Shown piece by piece: positions 18,591-27,866 of a DNA stretch of 64,000 nucleotides. Location of the stretch: NCBI GenBank assembly GCA_039586365.1, contig JBDHKN010000028.1:1-64000 (forward strand), written 5' to 3'. Numbering within the stretch: the first letter of the stretch is position 1; every line of letters begins with the position of its first letter. The DNA is from Gemmatimonadota bacterium (GTDB lineage Bacteria; Gemmatimonadota; Gemmatimonadetes; Gemmatimonadales; GWC2-71-9). The position numbers and the translations under genes are program-made. The notes under the pieces are model-generated. The model was given only the letters and a program-made list of their open reading frames with translations, was not told the origin of the DNA and did not search any database.

Positions 18591-21500
18591 GTGCCCAAGC
18601 TCAGCCTGCTGATGACGAACGTGTCCGATCCGATTGACCTGTCGGCGCTGTTGGCTGGCGAAGTGCCCGCCTGGATCAATGCCGCGCTGGAACAGGCTGC
18701 ACAGCCCGCAACTGGCGAGTTGCGTGCACTCGCCTTGGACCGGGCGATCGTGGGGGCGATCCGGGACTCTCTCGCTGAGGACTCGGTGCTCGAGCAGATC
18801 GATATCCGACAGCTCGACAAGTTACTGGGACGGTGCGTAGCGCGGCTGACCGCAGCCACGCAACAGTCGGACGACGGCCTGCAACAACTGACCTGGGAAG
18901 TCCTGGACTCCATTCGTCGCCCCGCGGTATTGCGCCGTGTGCAGGCGGCTGGCACGACCGCAGAGTGGAGTGACAGGATACTGTCAGCCGTTGAGGCGTC
19001 GCACCTCACGGTGGGTGCTCTGTTCAGGCAGCGCGCCGGGGCCAATGCTGCCAAGATCCTGTTCGAGGTGCCGACTCCCAGCGGTGGTGAGAGCCTCACC
19101 TGGGAGCAGGTCGCCTGGCGCGTCGAGCAGTTGGCTGGAGGCCTGCACTCCCTCGATTATCCGGAGCAACCCGCACGCGTAGCGATACTGTCGGAAAACA
19201 GTCTCGTGATGGCGCTGCTAGACCTGGCTTGCCTCACATCCGGCCTGGTAGACGTGATGGTCCCGGCCAACGCGACCGACACGGACGTGGGATACATCCT
19301 GCGCCACTCTCGGGCGGGTACCGTGATCGTGTCGAGCGCAGAACAGCTCGGCAAGGTCGAGAGGAACCGCAAGGCGTTGCCGGATTTGCGCCGGGTGATC
19401 GTGCTGGACGAGGTGCCAAGTGCCGGCCGCGATGTGATTACGCTGACCGAGCTAAAGACCCGGGCGGAGCGCGTTCCCAGCTCGCTGGTCGCGGAGAGGG
19501 CGTCGTCGGTGCGCATCGGGGATCTGGCGACTGTGATGTACACATCGGGCACTACCGGCACCCCGAAAGGGATCCAGTACTCGCATCGTAACCTGGTGTT
19601 CAAGCGATTCGCTCGTGCGCTGGCGCTGCCGGAGATCGGTGATCGTGATGTGTTTCTCGCCTATCTCCCGCTGTTTCACACCTTCGGTCGCTACTTGGAG
19701 TTGATGGGGTGCATCTTCTGGGGCGCCAAGTATTGCTTCTTGCTGGATCCTTCGGTTGAGGCCCTGATCGACGGAATGCGGCGTCATCGACCCACGGTGT
19801 TCATCAGCGTTCCCCGCAAGTGGACCCAGCTGCACGAGATGATCACCCGCAAGGCTGATCCGTTGCACGCTTCGGATGACGAGATACGGGCCGTGACGCA
19901 GGATTTGACTGGTGGGCGTCTGCGCTGGGGACTTTCTGCGGCCGGCTATCTCGATCCCGACATCTTTCGCTTCTTCCACAGGCAGGGCATTCAGCTGCTG
20001 AGTGGTTTCGGGATGAGTGAGGCGACCGGCGGCATCACCATGACACCGCCATTACAGTACGCTGACAACTCGCTCGGTGTGCCGTTACCCGGGATTGAGG
20101 TCCGGCTTGGCGAGGATGGGGAGCTGTTGGTCCGGGGACCTTACGTGATGATGGGTTACCTGGATCCTCCGGATAACGAACCATCGTTCGACCCGGAGGG
20201 ATGGTTACACAGCGGCGATCTGATGCGGATGGACGAGAAAGGTCACCTCCGGATCGTCGACCGCAAGAAAGAGATCTACAAGAACGTGAAGGGGCAGACC
20301 GTCGCCCCCCAGCGGATCGAGAACCTGTTCCGGGAGTTCGAGTCGGTAGGACGGGCCTTTCTCGTGGGAGATCACAAGGAATACAACACGCTGCTGATCT
20401 ATCCCAATCCGGACTACAAGCAACTGGATTTTGCCGCTCTCTCCGGCCAGGAGGTGAAGGATCACTTCAGCTCGCTGGTTGTGTCGGTCAACCAGTTTGT
20501 GGCACCGTTTGAGAGAGTCGTCGATTTCGCAGTCATCGAGCGGGACTTGGCTGCTGAAAAGGGGGGGTTGACGCCGAAAGGTACTCCACGCCGCAAGGTT
20601 GTTGAGGAGCACTTCTCCGGTGTCATCGACTCTCTCTATCACCGTGCGTCACTCGAGATTGGAGGCGTCGACCTCACCCTACCCAATTGGCTGTTCCAAG
20701 CCCTCGGTCTCACGGCTCAAGACGTGCGAATCAAGGGAGATCGACTCTCACTGTCCCAAGTGGGTTCGCGGGGTTCCAGCCTGACCGTGAGGCGTCGGGA
20801 AGACGGTGCGGTGCAAGTCGGATCTTGCGTCTACGAGTGCGGCAATCAGGCGATAGACTTGGGTGCGTTCCTGGCCACGCCGCGCCTCTGGTTGGGAAAT
20901 GAAGAGCTGGTTGGGTTCGTTCCGCTGGACCTGGAAGAGCGGCAGCGGCCGGGCCGCAGTGTGGATAGGTTCGAATGGCGCAGTTGTGCTGAGCCCTACG
21001 ATCCCAGCGACGAAGACCGCGATCGGTTGGCCAGCTTGCAGGCTCATCAGGAGTGGAGCCTGCTCGACTTGGATCATGCCGCCCGGATGTTGGGTTCCAC
21101 CGATGATGCAACCGCATTCGAGGCGGTGTGTTTGCTCGGACGCGTACTCGCCAATGAAGAGAGCGAACTGGCGGAGCCCGCACGGCTCCTGCTAGCGCGC
21201 GGGGCAGCTTCCAGTGCGGAAGACGTGAGGCGCCGCGCCTTCCAGTTGCTGGTTCCAACCGAACTGCCCCAGCGCTTCAGGGATACCGTGGGACGATTCT
21301 TGGCGCACGACCCGATGCTGCTGGACGCCGAAACGCGGGCCGTGCTATGCGAGCGGGGCCTGCCGGAATCCAAGATCGCAGGACTCATCGCTCTGGCTTG
21401 GGAGGTGTGCTGCCACCAATCAAGCGGTGGGAACAGAGATCAGGCGGCAATCTCACTGTTCCAGTTTTTGGCTGAATACGGTGCGGCCCATCCCATCCAA

Positions 21501-23375
21501 TATGGCAGGATTCGGGTGTTCCTGGTTCGCGCCGGCCTGTTCGCGGAGTCTGCACAGTTGCGGGGTATGGCGATCGATGCGCGCAGCACCTTACAGTACG
21601 GCTTCTGGCAGTGGTTGGGACCTACTCTGAGGATCGCAGTCGACACAGAAACGGGTAAGGAGTACCGCTGGGACGATGTCGTTGTCTTCGAGGAGGAGAC
21701 TGCGGACGACGATCGCCGCCGCCTGCTGTCGGCGATCAAGAACACACCATTCCTCAGGGAGGCGGTGTTCCTGCTCTACAACGGCAGGTCGATCAGGCTC
21801 ACCGATGTACCCCCAGGGGGGGTGTGGATCCGCAAGTATGGTTCGCGCCATGGCAAGACGGTGTACCGGGTGACGATCCAAACCCGTGCTCATGACGCGT
21901 ACGAGTTGGCAGCCAACGTCAACCAGTCGCTCACGAGCGATGAAGTGCAGGAGGAAATCGACTGGTTGATCCTCTGCGGTGAGTCGGCTGGACGAGCGCC
22001 CGTGGTGGAGGATTTTGGCGGCTACGCGCCTGAGCAGGATATCTGGAGTGAGGAGTTCATTCCGGGCGACACGCTGGATCGCGAGTTACGCCGTCTTGCA
22101 CGTCGTTCGAGTGAAGAAGAGGGGCTCGCCCAACTGTGGCCGTTCTTGGCGTGGAGCGCGTTGAGTGCCTTCGTGGATTTCTGGCAGCGCACTGGCAGAC
22201 GGTATGAGGTGTCCGAGTTGAGCCCGTCGGACATAATCCTCCCCACGCACGACTACCACAGCGGCGGGCGGATAGTGTCGTTGTCAGCGCGGCAGCCCCA
22301 CGGCGGCCTGCTGGCCATGGTCCAGTCGTTCCACGATCAGTTCGTCGTGCCCGTGCAGCATGAGTACCCGGATCTCGAGGGGCTCGTAGGGTGGGATGTG
22401 ATCTTCTCCTCCGTGCTGGAGGTGATCGGCGAGCACGACGGTTTGGACGCGTATGAGACGGCCCTGCGGCATGAATCTGCCGTGGCAGAGGAGCTGCGGT
22501 CGGCACTTGAGCAGTACATCTCAACCGTGCGATCCCGCGGCTTTTTGCCCATGCGCCTGTACTTCGCCTCGAAGCGGTATCGGCGCTGGGCCGGGCTCAA
22601 TCAGGAGGCCACGCCCCCGGCTCGTGCCGCCACCCTGCAGGAATTCTACGATACCTACGGGCTAGAGAAATTGGCCAAGTCGTATCCGGAAGTGCGACTC
22701 CGCTTCTTCCGCGAGACGGTCTTCCGCGACAGTGCCGCCGAATTGACCCGAGGCCTGGACGACTTGATTCGCAGCGTTCGCGCCGGTGACGTGAGAAACG
22801 GACAACTGGCAACGGGGGTCGCAGACCTGCGTCACCGTCTCGCAGTGGAGCCGGACGACGACTATTTCTTGGCCCGCATTCCGTTTGCCTATCTCCGGCC
22901 AGAGGACTCGGTGGATTTCGTGAGTAGTGACTTAGGTGGAGAGTACCAAAGCGAGATCGTGGTCACGCTGGAGGATTCGGACGGCCAGCAGTTCAGGGTA
23001 CGCCATGCTCTGGTTCCCAAAGAGGTGGAGCGGCTGCACCGGTTATTCCTCGCTGCCAACCTGGATGTGCGATTCGGACCCGAACACAGGTATTTGCTCG
23101 CGCTCAGCGACCGGGAACAGATCATCGGTGGGATCTACTACTATGTTGAAGAAGGTGGCGAGGGTGCTCACCTGGAGAAGATCGTGGTTGCCGAGCGCTA
23201 TCGGAGGAAGGGTGTGGCGGACGGACTGATGCGGCAGTTCTTCAATAGGTTGCGGGCGGCCGGTCTCAAGACGCTGACCACGGGGTTCTTCCGGCCCGAG
23301 TACTTCTACTCGTATGGATTCAAGATAGAACGGCGTTATGCTGGTTTGGTGAAGGAGTTGGAGGTGGATCCTTGA
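18591..23375 (+). CDS. 1594-aa fusion: long-chain acyl-CoA synthetase-like AMP-binding domain, helical and kinase-like middle, C-terminal GNAT
   Basis: MYTSGTTGTPKG, YLPLFH, GFGMSE, WLHSGD, DRKKEI; GNAT motif A VVAERYRRKGVA and FYSYGF. Confidence 0.85.
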   Translation: MPKLSLLMTNVSDPIDLSALLAGEVPAWINAALEQAAQPATGELRALALDRAIVGAIRDSLAEDSVLEQIDIRQLDKLLGRCVARLTAATQQSDDGLQQLTWEVLDSIRRPAVLRRVQAAGTTAEWSDRILSAVEASHLTVGALFRQRAGANAAKILFEVPTPSGGESLTWEQVAWRVEQLAGGLHSLDYPEQPARVAILSENSLVMALLDLACLTSGLVDVMVPANATDTDVGYILRHSRAGTVIVSSAEQLGKVERNRKALPDLRRVIVLDEVPSAGRDVITLTELKTRAERVPSSLVAERASSVRIGDLATVMYTSGTTGTPKGIQYSHRNLVFKRFARALALPEIGDRDVFLAYLPLFHTFGRYLELMGCIFWGAKYCFLLDPSVEALIDGMRRHRPTVFISVPRKWTQLHEMITRKADPLHASDDEIRAVTQDLTGGRLRWGLSAAGYLDPDIFRFFHRQGIQLLSGFGMSEATGGITMTPPLQYADNSLGVPLPGIEVRLGEDGELLVRGPYVMMGYLDPPDNEPSFDPEGWLHSGDLMRMDEKGHLRIVDRKKEIYKNVKGQTVAPQRIENLFREFESVGRAFLVGDHKEYNTLLIYPNPDYKQLDFAALSGQEVKDHFSSLVVSVNQFVAPFERVVDFAVIERDLAAEKGGLTPKGTPRRKVVEEHFSGVIDSLYHRASLEIGGVDLTLPNWLFQALGLTAQDVRIKGDRLSLSQVGSRGSSLTVRRREDGAVQVGSCVYECGNQAIDLGAFLATPRLWLGNEELVGFVPLDLEERQRPGRSVDRFEWRSCAEPYDPSDEDRDRLASLQAHQEWSLLDLDHAARMLGSTDDATAFEAVCLLGRVLANEESELAEPARLLLARGAASSAEDVRRRAFQLLVPTELPQRFRDTVGRFLAHDPMLLDAETRAVLCERGLPESKIAGLIALAWEVCCHQSSGGNRDQAAISLFQFLAEYGAAHPIQYGRIRVFLVRAGLFAESAQLRGMAIDARSTLQYGFWQWLGPTLRIAVDTETGKEYRWDDVVVFEEETADDDRRRLLSAIKNTPFLREAVFLLYNGRSIRLTDVPPGGVWIRKYGSRHGKTVYRVTIQTRAHDAYELAANVNQSLTSDEVQEEIDWLILCGESAGRAPVVEDFGGYAPEQDIWSEEFIPGDTLDRELRRLARRSSEEEGLAQLWPFLAWSALSAFVDFWQRTGRRYEVSELSPSDIILPTHDYHSGGRIVSLSARQPHGGLLAMVQSFHDQFVVPVQHEYPDLEGLVGWDVIFSSVLEVIGEHDGLDAYETALRHESAVAEELRSALEQYISTVRSRGFLPMRLYFASKRYRRWAGLNQEATPPARAATLQEFYDTYGLEKLAKSYPEVRLRFFRETVFRDSAAELTRGLDDLIRSVRAGDVRNGQLATGVADLRHRLAVEPDDDYFLARIPFAYLRPEDSVDFVSSDLGGEYQSEIVVTLEDSDGQQFRVRHALVPKEVERLHRLFLAANLDVRFGPEHRYLLALSDREQIIGGIYYYVEEGGEGAHLEKIVVAERYRRKGVADGLMRQFFNRLRAAGLKTLTTGFFRPEYFYSYGFKIERRYAGLVKELEVDP

Positions 23376-24601
23376 CCGACACGACTCCCGATCTGTCTCG
23401 TCTCACCATTCGCCGGGACGATCCCTCCCCGGAATCCAGGCGGGCTTTCAGACTGAGCCTAGGGCTGGCTGCTATTGCGGCGGTCTTCGTCGTCGTCTTC
23501 CTCTGGGTCCGTGGCATGCGAACGGCTGTAGTGACCGTCGCAGTCTCCCAGGTAGTTGGGGGAAGCACCGGTGGATCAGTGGGGATCACGGCCAATGGAT
23601 ACGTCGTGGCACGCACCAAAGCGTCGATCTCGTCGCGCATCTCCGGTCGGCTTGCGTACCTTGGAGTTGACGAAGGATCGGTTGTGAAGCGGGGTGAGAT
23701 CGTAGCCAGCTTGGAGAACTCCGAGTACCAGGCGGTGCTCGAGCAGGCCGAGGCGGATGTGTTGCGGGCCGAGGCAGCGTTGCGCGAAGCCGAGGTGGAG
23801 CGAGATCAGCTACGGCGAGATCTGGCCCGTGCGGAGGCGCTTCTGGTGGACAGTCTCATTTCACAGCAGGAAGTAGAGGATCTCACAGCGCGTGTGAACG
23901 GCGCCGAAGCACGTGTAGCAGTGCAGCAGGCACAAGGTGGAGCCGCTGAGGCGGCGGTTGGTGTGGCCCGCGCGAATCTCGCAAACACACACATCAGGGC
24001 CCCGTTTGACGGGACCGTGCTGCGGAAGGACGCCGAGGTGGGTGAAGTGGTGGCGCCGGTGGCCACGGGCGGTGGCTTGACCCGCGGTGCGGTTGTGACG
24101 ATGGCGGACCTCGAGACACTCGAAGTCGAGGTGGACGTCAACGAGGCGTACATCGCACAGATTCGAGCCGAACAGGCTGCCCTGATCACCCTCGACGCTT
24201 ACCCGGACACCAGTTACCGCGGAGCGGTCCGTCAGATAGTGCCCACCGCGGATCGGCAGCGTGCGACGGTGTTGGTGAAGGTGAGCATCTTGGACAGAGA
24301 TCCCCGTATTCTGCCTGAGATGGGTGCGCGAGTGGACTTTCTGGAGTCTGCCGAGACAGATGCGGCTAGCCCGACGGCCGCTCGCGTCTTTGTGTCGGCT
24401 CAAGCAGTGCGTGACGAACAAGGACAAGCCGTAGTCTGGGTCGTGCGGGATGGGCAGGTGTTTCGTGTACCTGTAGAGGCTGGGCCCGTGTCAGGCGGCA
24501 GGCGCGAAATCCGGTCAGGCCTGTCGGGAGGCGAGCAAGTTGTGGTAACGGGACCAGAGGAACTGGTTGACGGACTGGCGGTGCGCGTCGCGGGCGGGTG
24601 A
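23372..24601 (+). CDS. Efflux periplasmic adaptor (HlyD/MacA-like)
   Basis: TM anchor, ANGYVVAR, coiled coil, IRAPFDG, EVDVNE, ILPEMGARV; 4-nt overlap with the upstream gene. Confidence 0.9.
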   Translation: MTDTTPDLSRLTIRRDDPSPESRRAFRLSLGLAAIAAVFVVVFLWVRGMRTAVVTVAVSQVVGGSTGGSVGITANGYVVARTKASISSRISGRLAYLGVDEGSVVKRGEIVASLENSEYQAVLEQAEADVLRAEAALREAEVERDQLRRDLARAEALLVDSLISQQEVEDLTARVNGAEARVAVQQAQGGAAEAAVGVARANLANTHIRAPFDGTVLRKDAEVGEVVAPVATGGGLTRGAVVTMADLETLEVEVDVNEAYIAQIRAEQAALITLDAYPDTSYRGAVRQIVPTADRQRATVLVKVSILDRDPRILPEMGARVDFLESAETDAASPTAARVFVSAQAVRDEQGQAVVWVVRDGQVFRVPVEAGPVSGGRREIRSGLSGGEQVVVTGPEELVDGLAVRVAGG

Positions 24602-24623
24602 CGTCCAGAGGAGAGAGTGGAAC

Positions 24624-25295
24624 ATGGCCCTGGTTGAGATCAGAGATCTGACGAAAGTCTATTACCGTGACTCCCAGCAGATTCCGGTGTTCGAAGGCGT
24701 GAATCTGGAGATCGAGCAGCGTGACTTCTTGGCGCTGATGGGGCCATCCGGCAGCGGCAAGAGCACCCTACTTAACCTGCTCGCCGGGTTGGACAAACCG
24801 ACGGCGGGATCGATCACCGTGGGTGGCGCTCAGGTGACCGGCATGAGCCGCAGGCAACTAGCTGCTTGGCGGGCCAGACACATCGGCTTCGTGTTTCAAT
24901 TCTACAACCTGCTGCCGGTATTGACGGCCTACCAGAATGTCGAGTTGCCGTTGCTGCTCACCAGCTTGTCGCGTAAGGAACGCCGTGAGCACGTCACGAC
25001 CGTTCTCGACGTGGTCGGACTCACCGACCGCGCCGATCACTTCCCTCGTCAGCTCTCCGGCGGGCAAGAACAGCGAGTCGGGATTGCCAGGGCGATAGTC
25101 AGCGATCCGACTATTCTCCTGGCCGACGAGCCTACCGGGGATTTGGACGCCAAGTCGGCCGACGAGATCCTGACGCTGCTGCAGCGGCTCAATGAGGAGT
25201 TTAGCAAGACGATTCTGCTGGTCACGCACGATGCTCATGCGGCAGAACGTGCCCACGCGGTGATGCACATGGACAAAGGAGTGCTCAGCCGATGA
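24624..25295 (+). CDS. ABC transporter ATP-binding protein (LolD/MacB-like)
   Basis: [31 protein letters not shown]. Confidence 0.95.
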   Translation: MALVEIRDLTKVYYRDSQQIPVFEGVNLEIEQRDFLALMGPSGSGKSTLLNLLAGLDKPTAGSITVGGAQVTGMSRRQLAAWRARHIGFVFQFYNLLPVLTAYQNVELPLLLTSLSRKERREHVTTVLDVVGLTDRADHFPRQLSGGQEQRVGIARAIVSDPTILLADEPTGDLDAKSADEILTLLQRLNEEFSKTILLVTHDAHAAERAHAVMHMDKGVLSR

Positions 25296-26431
25296 AGTTC
25301 GCTCGCCTGGTCTTGGTCAACCTGTTGCGTAACAAGCGGCGCACCATCTTGACCGTATTGAGCGTGGCTGTCGCACTCTTCTTGTTCGCCACGCTACGCT
25401 CGGTGGTGACTGCGTTGGATGCTGCAGGTGAGGTGGGCAGTGAGGCGCGCTTGATCACCCGCAGTGCTACGGGCATCACATTCGCGCTGCCGCAGTCATA
25501 CTACGAGCGGTTGCGTGCGCAGGAGGGAGTTCGCAGTGTTTCCTGGGCCAACTGGTTTGGGGGGGTATATGTCGATGAGCGCAACTTTTTTGCTCAATTC
25601 GCCGTCGACGCAGAGACCTATCTGGCGATGTACCCGGAAATGCGGATGCCGGAAGACCAGCGGCAGGCCTTCCTCGCCGAGCGGACGGCTGCGCTGGTGG
25701 GTCGCGGCCTGATGGAGCGGTTCGGCTGGTCACTCGGTCAGGATGTGACCCTGCAGGGAACCATCTTCACGGGTGACTGGACATTCACTATCCGGGCTGT
25801 GTACACGCCGGACGATCCGAGCTTCGGCGACCAGCTGTTCTTCTTCCACTACGACTATCTGTACGAACGCACCAACCGGCGGATCATCCCCGGGTGGTAC
25901 GTCATTCAGCTGGCAGATCCCGCAGCCGCTCCGGAGGTGTCGGATCGAATCGACCGCATGTTTGAGAACTCCAGCAACCCGACCGAGACCGAGACTGAGC
26001 GTGCATTCAACACTGGATTCATGACGATGTGGGGTAATATCGGGTTCCTCGTCAGGGCTGTCGGCACGGCCGTGTTCTTTGCCATTCTCTTCGTGGCTGC
26101 CAACACCATGATGATGGCAGCGCGCGAACGTGTTGGCGAGAACGCAATACTCAAGACACTCGGGTTCCAAGATGGCTTGCTGTTCGCTCTCACTTTGGTC
26201 GAGGCGACGGTCATCACCCTGCTGGGGGGGCTGTTGGGTGTGTTTGGAGCGAAAGTGCTGTTCAGACCGGGCAACCCGATGAACAGCTTCATCCCGGGAT
26301 TCCAGGTCGAATGGAGCACGGTCGCCTTGGGAGTCACCATAGCCCTGCTGCTCGGTTTCGTGAGTGGCTTTGTCCCGGCCTGGCAGGCTAAACGCCTTTC
26401 AGTGGTCCAGGCTCTGCGACGTGTGGCCTAG
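25292..26431 (+). CDS. ABC transporter permease (MacB/FtsX family)
   Basis: RNKRRTILT, periplasmic domain, RER..E.AILKTLGF, three C-terminal TM helices. Confidence 0.92.
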   Translation: MKFARLVLVNLLRNKRRTILTVLSVAVALFLFATLRSVVTALDAAGEVGSEARLITRSATGITFALPQSYYERLRAQEGVRSVSWANWFGGVYVDERNFFAQFAVDAETYLAMYPEMRMPEDQRQAFLAERTAALVGRGLMERFGWSLGQDVTLQGTIFTGDWTFTIRAVYTPDDPSFGDQLFFFHYDYLYERTNRRIIPGWYVIQLADPAAAPEVSDRIDRMFENSSNPTETETERAFNTGFMTMWGNIGFLVRAVGTAVFFAILFVAANTMMMAARERVGENAILKTLGFQDGLLFALTLVEATVITLLGGLLGVFGAKVLFRPGNPMNSFIPGFQVEWSTVALGVTIALLLGFVSGFVPAWQAKRLSVVQALRRVA

Positions 26432-26440
26432 GAGGTCGCT

Positions 26441-27604
26441 GTGAAGGTCCCGATCGTCTACAACCTGCGGAGCCTCAGGGAACGACCGGTGTCCACGCTG
26501 ATGACGGCCGCCGGCATGGCACTCGTCGTTGCCGTCTTCGTGGCAATGATGGCGCTCTCCAACGGCTTTCAGGCCGCCATGGTGCGGACAGGTGCGGCTG
26601 ACAACGTGATTCTGCTGCGCAAGGGAGCCAACGCGGAGATGTACAGTGGTATCGGCCGCAATACGGTCAGCATCATCGCCGGCTTGCCGTTTGTCGCGCA
26701 CGACGCTGCGAACCAACCGCTCGTGAGTCCCGAGGTGTTCGTTGTCATCGGCCTGGCTCGGGTGACCGGCGGGTTGGCCAACGTCGTGGTGCGTGGTGTC
26801 AGCCAACGTGCGATGGATGTGCGCAAGGGGATCGAGATCGTTGCCGGCCGGTCCTTTAGGTCAGGTGCCTCCGAGATCATCGTCGGCAAGACCATCGTCG
26901 GACGGTTTCCCAACACTGACATCGGAGAGACGCTCAGTTTCGGTGGGCGCGAGTGGACGGTTGTGGGGCACTTCGCAGCCGACGGATCGTCTTTCGAGTC
27001 GGAGATCTGGGGTGAGAACGAACAGTTCATGCCGGTCTTTCGAGGTGAGGTCTTTCAGTCAGTGACGTTCAGGTTGGCTGACCCCGGTGCCTTTGAAGGA
27101 GTCAAGCAGACGCTCGAGGAAGACCCTCGCCTCTTTGTCGATGCGTTTCGGGAGCGTGAATTCTACGAGAACCAGTCAGCCTTGTTGGGTCAGATCCTCA
27201 ACTTCATTGCGGTCTTTATAGCTGGTGTGATGGCCATCGGAGCCGTCTTCGGTGCGATCAACACGATGTATGCGGCGGTATCCTCGCGCGGTCCGGAGAT
27301 CGCCGTGCTCCTCACCTTGGGTTTCAAGCCGGGCAACGTGCTCAGCTCGTTTCTGCTCGAGGCGGTGATCATCGCGTTGTTGGGGGGATTGGTAGGTTGC
27401 CTGCTCACGCTACCCATCAATGGGATCGTCACCAGTACCACCAATTGGAACTCGTTCAGTGAAGTTGCCTTCGCCTTTCGGGTCACACCGCGGCTACTAC
27501 TGAATGGACTGATCTTCGCAGTGGTGATGGGCCTGCTTGGCGGCTTCTTCCCGGCCCGCCGAGCTGCCAAGCAGTTGGTGGCTCAAGCCCTGCGCGAGGC
27601 TTAG
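26441..27604 (+). CDS. ABC transporter permease (MacB/FtsX family)
   Basis: YNLRSL, ESEIW, NTMYAAV..R..EIAVL.TLGF, FPARRAA. Confidence 0.92.
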   Translation: MKVPIVYNLRSLRERPVSTLMTAAGMALVVAVFVAMMALSNGFQAAMVRTGAADNVILLRKGANAEMYSGIGRNTVSIIAGLPFVAHDAANQPLVSPEVFVVIGLARVTGGLANVVVRGVSQRAMDVRKGIEIVAGRSFRSGASEIIVGKTIVGRFPNTDIGETLSFGGREWTVVGHFAADGSSFESEIWGENEQFMPVFRGEVFQSVTFRLADPGAFEGVKQTLEEDPRLFVDAFREREFYENQSALLGQILNFIAVFIAGVMAIGAVFGAINTMYAAVSSRGPEIAVLLTLGFKPGNVLSSFLLEAVIIALLGGLVGCLLTLPINGIVTSTTNWNSFSEVAFAFRVTPRLLLNGLIFAVVMGLLGGFFPARRAAKQLVAQALREA

Positions 27605-27713
27605 CGCTGCTGGGCCACCGCCTGCCAGCCGGCTGACCGCCAATCCGACCGGCTCGTTTTCCCCCATGTTCCGAGCGGCCCCCAGCCTGCCGTCCGCGCC
27701 GGTTTTCGAGAGC

Positions 27714-27741
27714 TTGTACTTTTTTTCACAAGCCATATAAT
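27714..27741 (+). promoter_or_regulatory. Sigma70-type promoter upstream of citrate synthase
   Basis: TTGTAC-N16-TATAAT, with a perfect -10 box. Confidence 0.65.
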
Positions 27742-27866
27742 CCGACTGTGAGAAGTGATGCTTGTAGCTGGGTCACTTCGCGCCCGAAGCCCCACTGAAA
27801 CCGTGGGGCGCAGCTCTAAATCGATATATCATACGATTCCTCATGGTGAGGATTAGGAGAGGCGAG

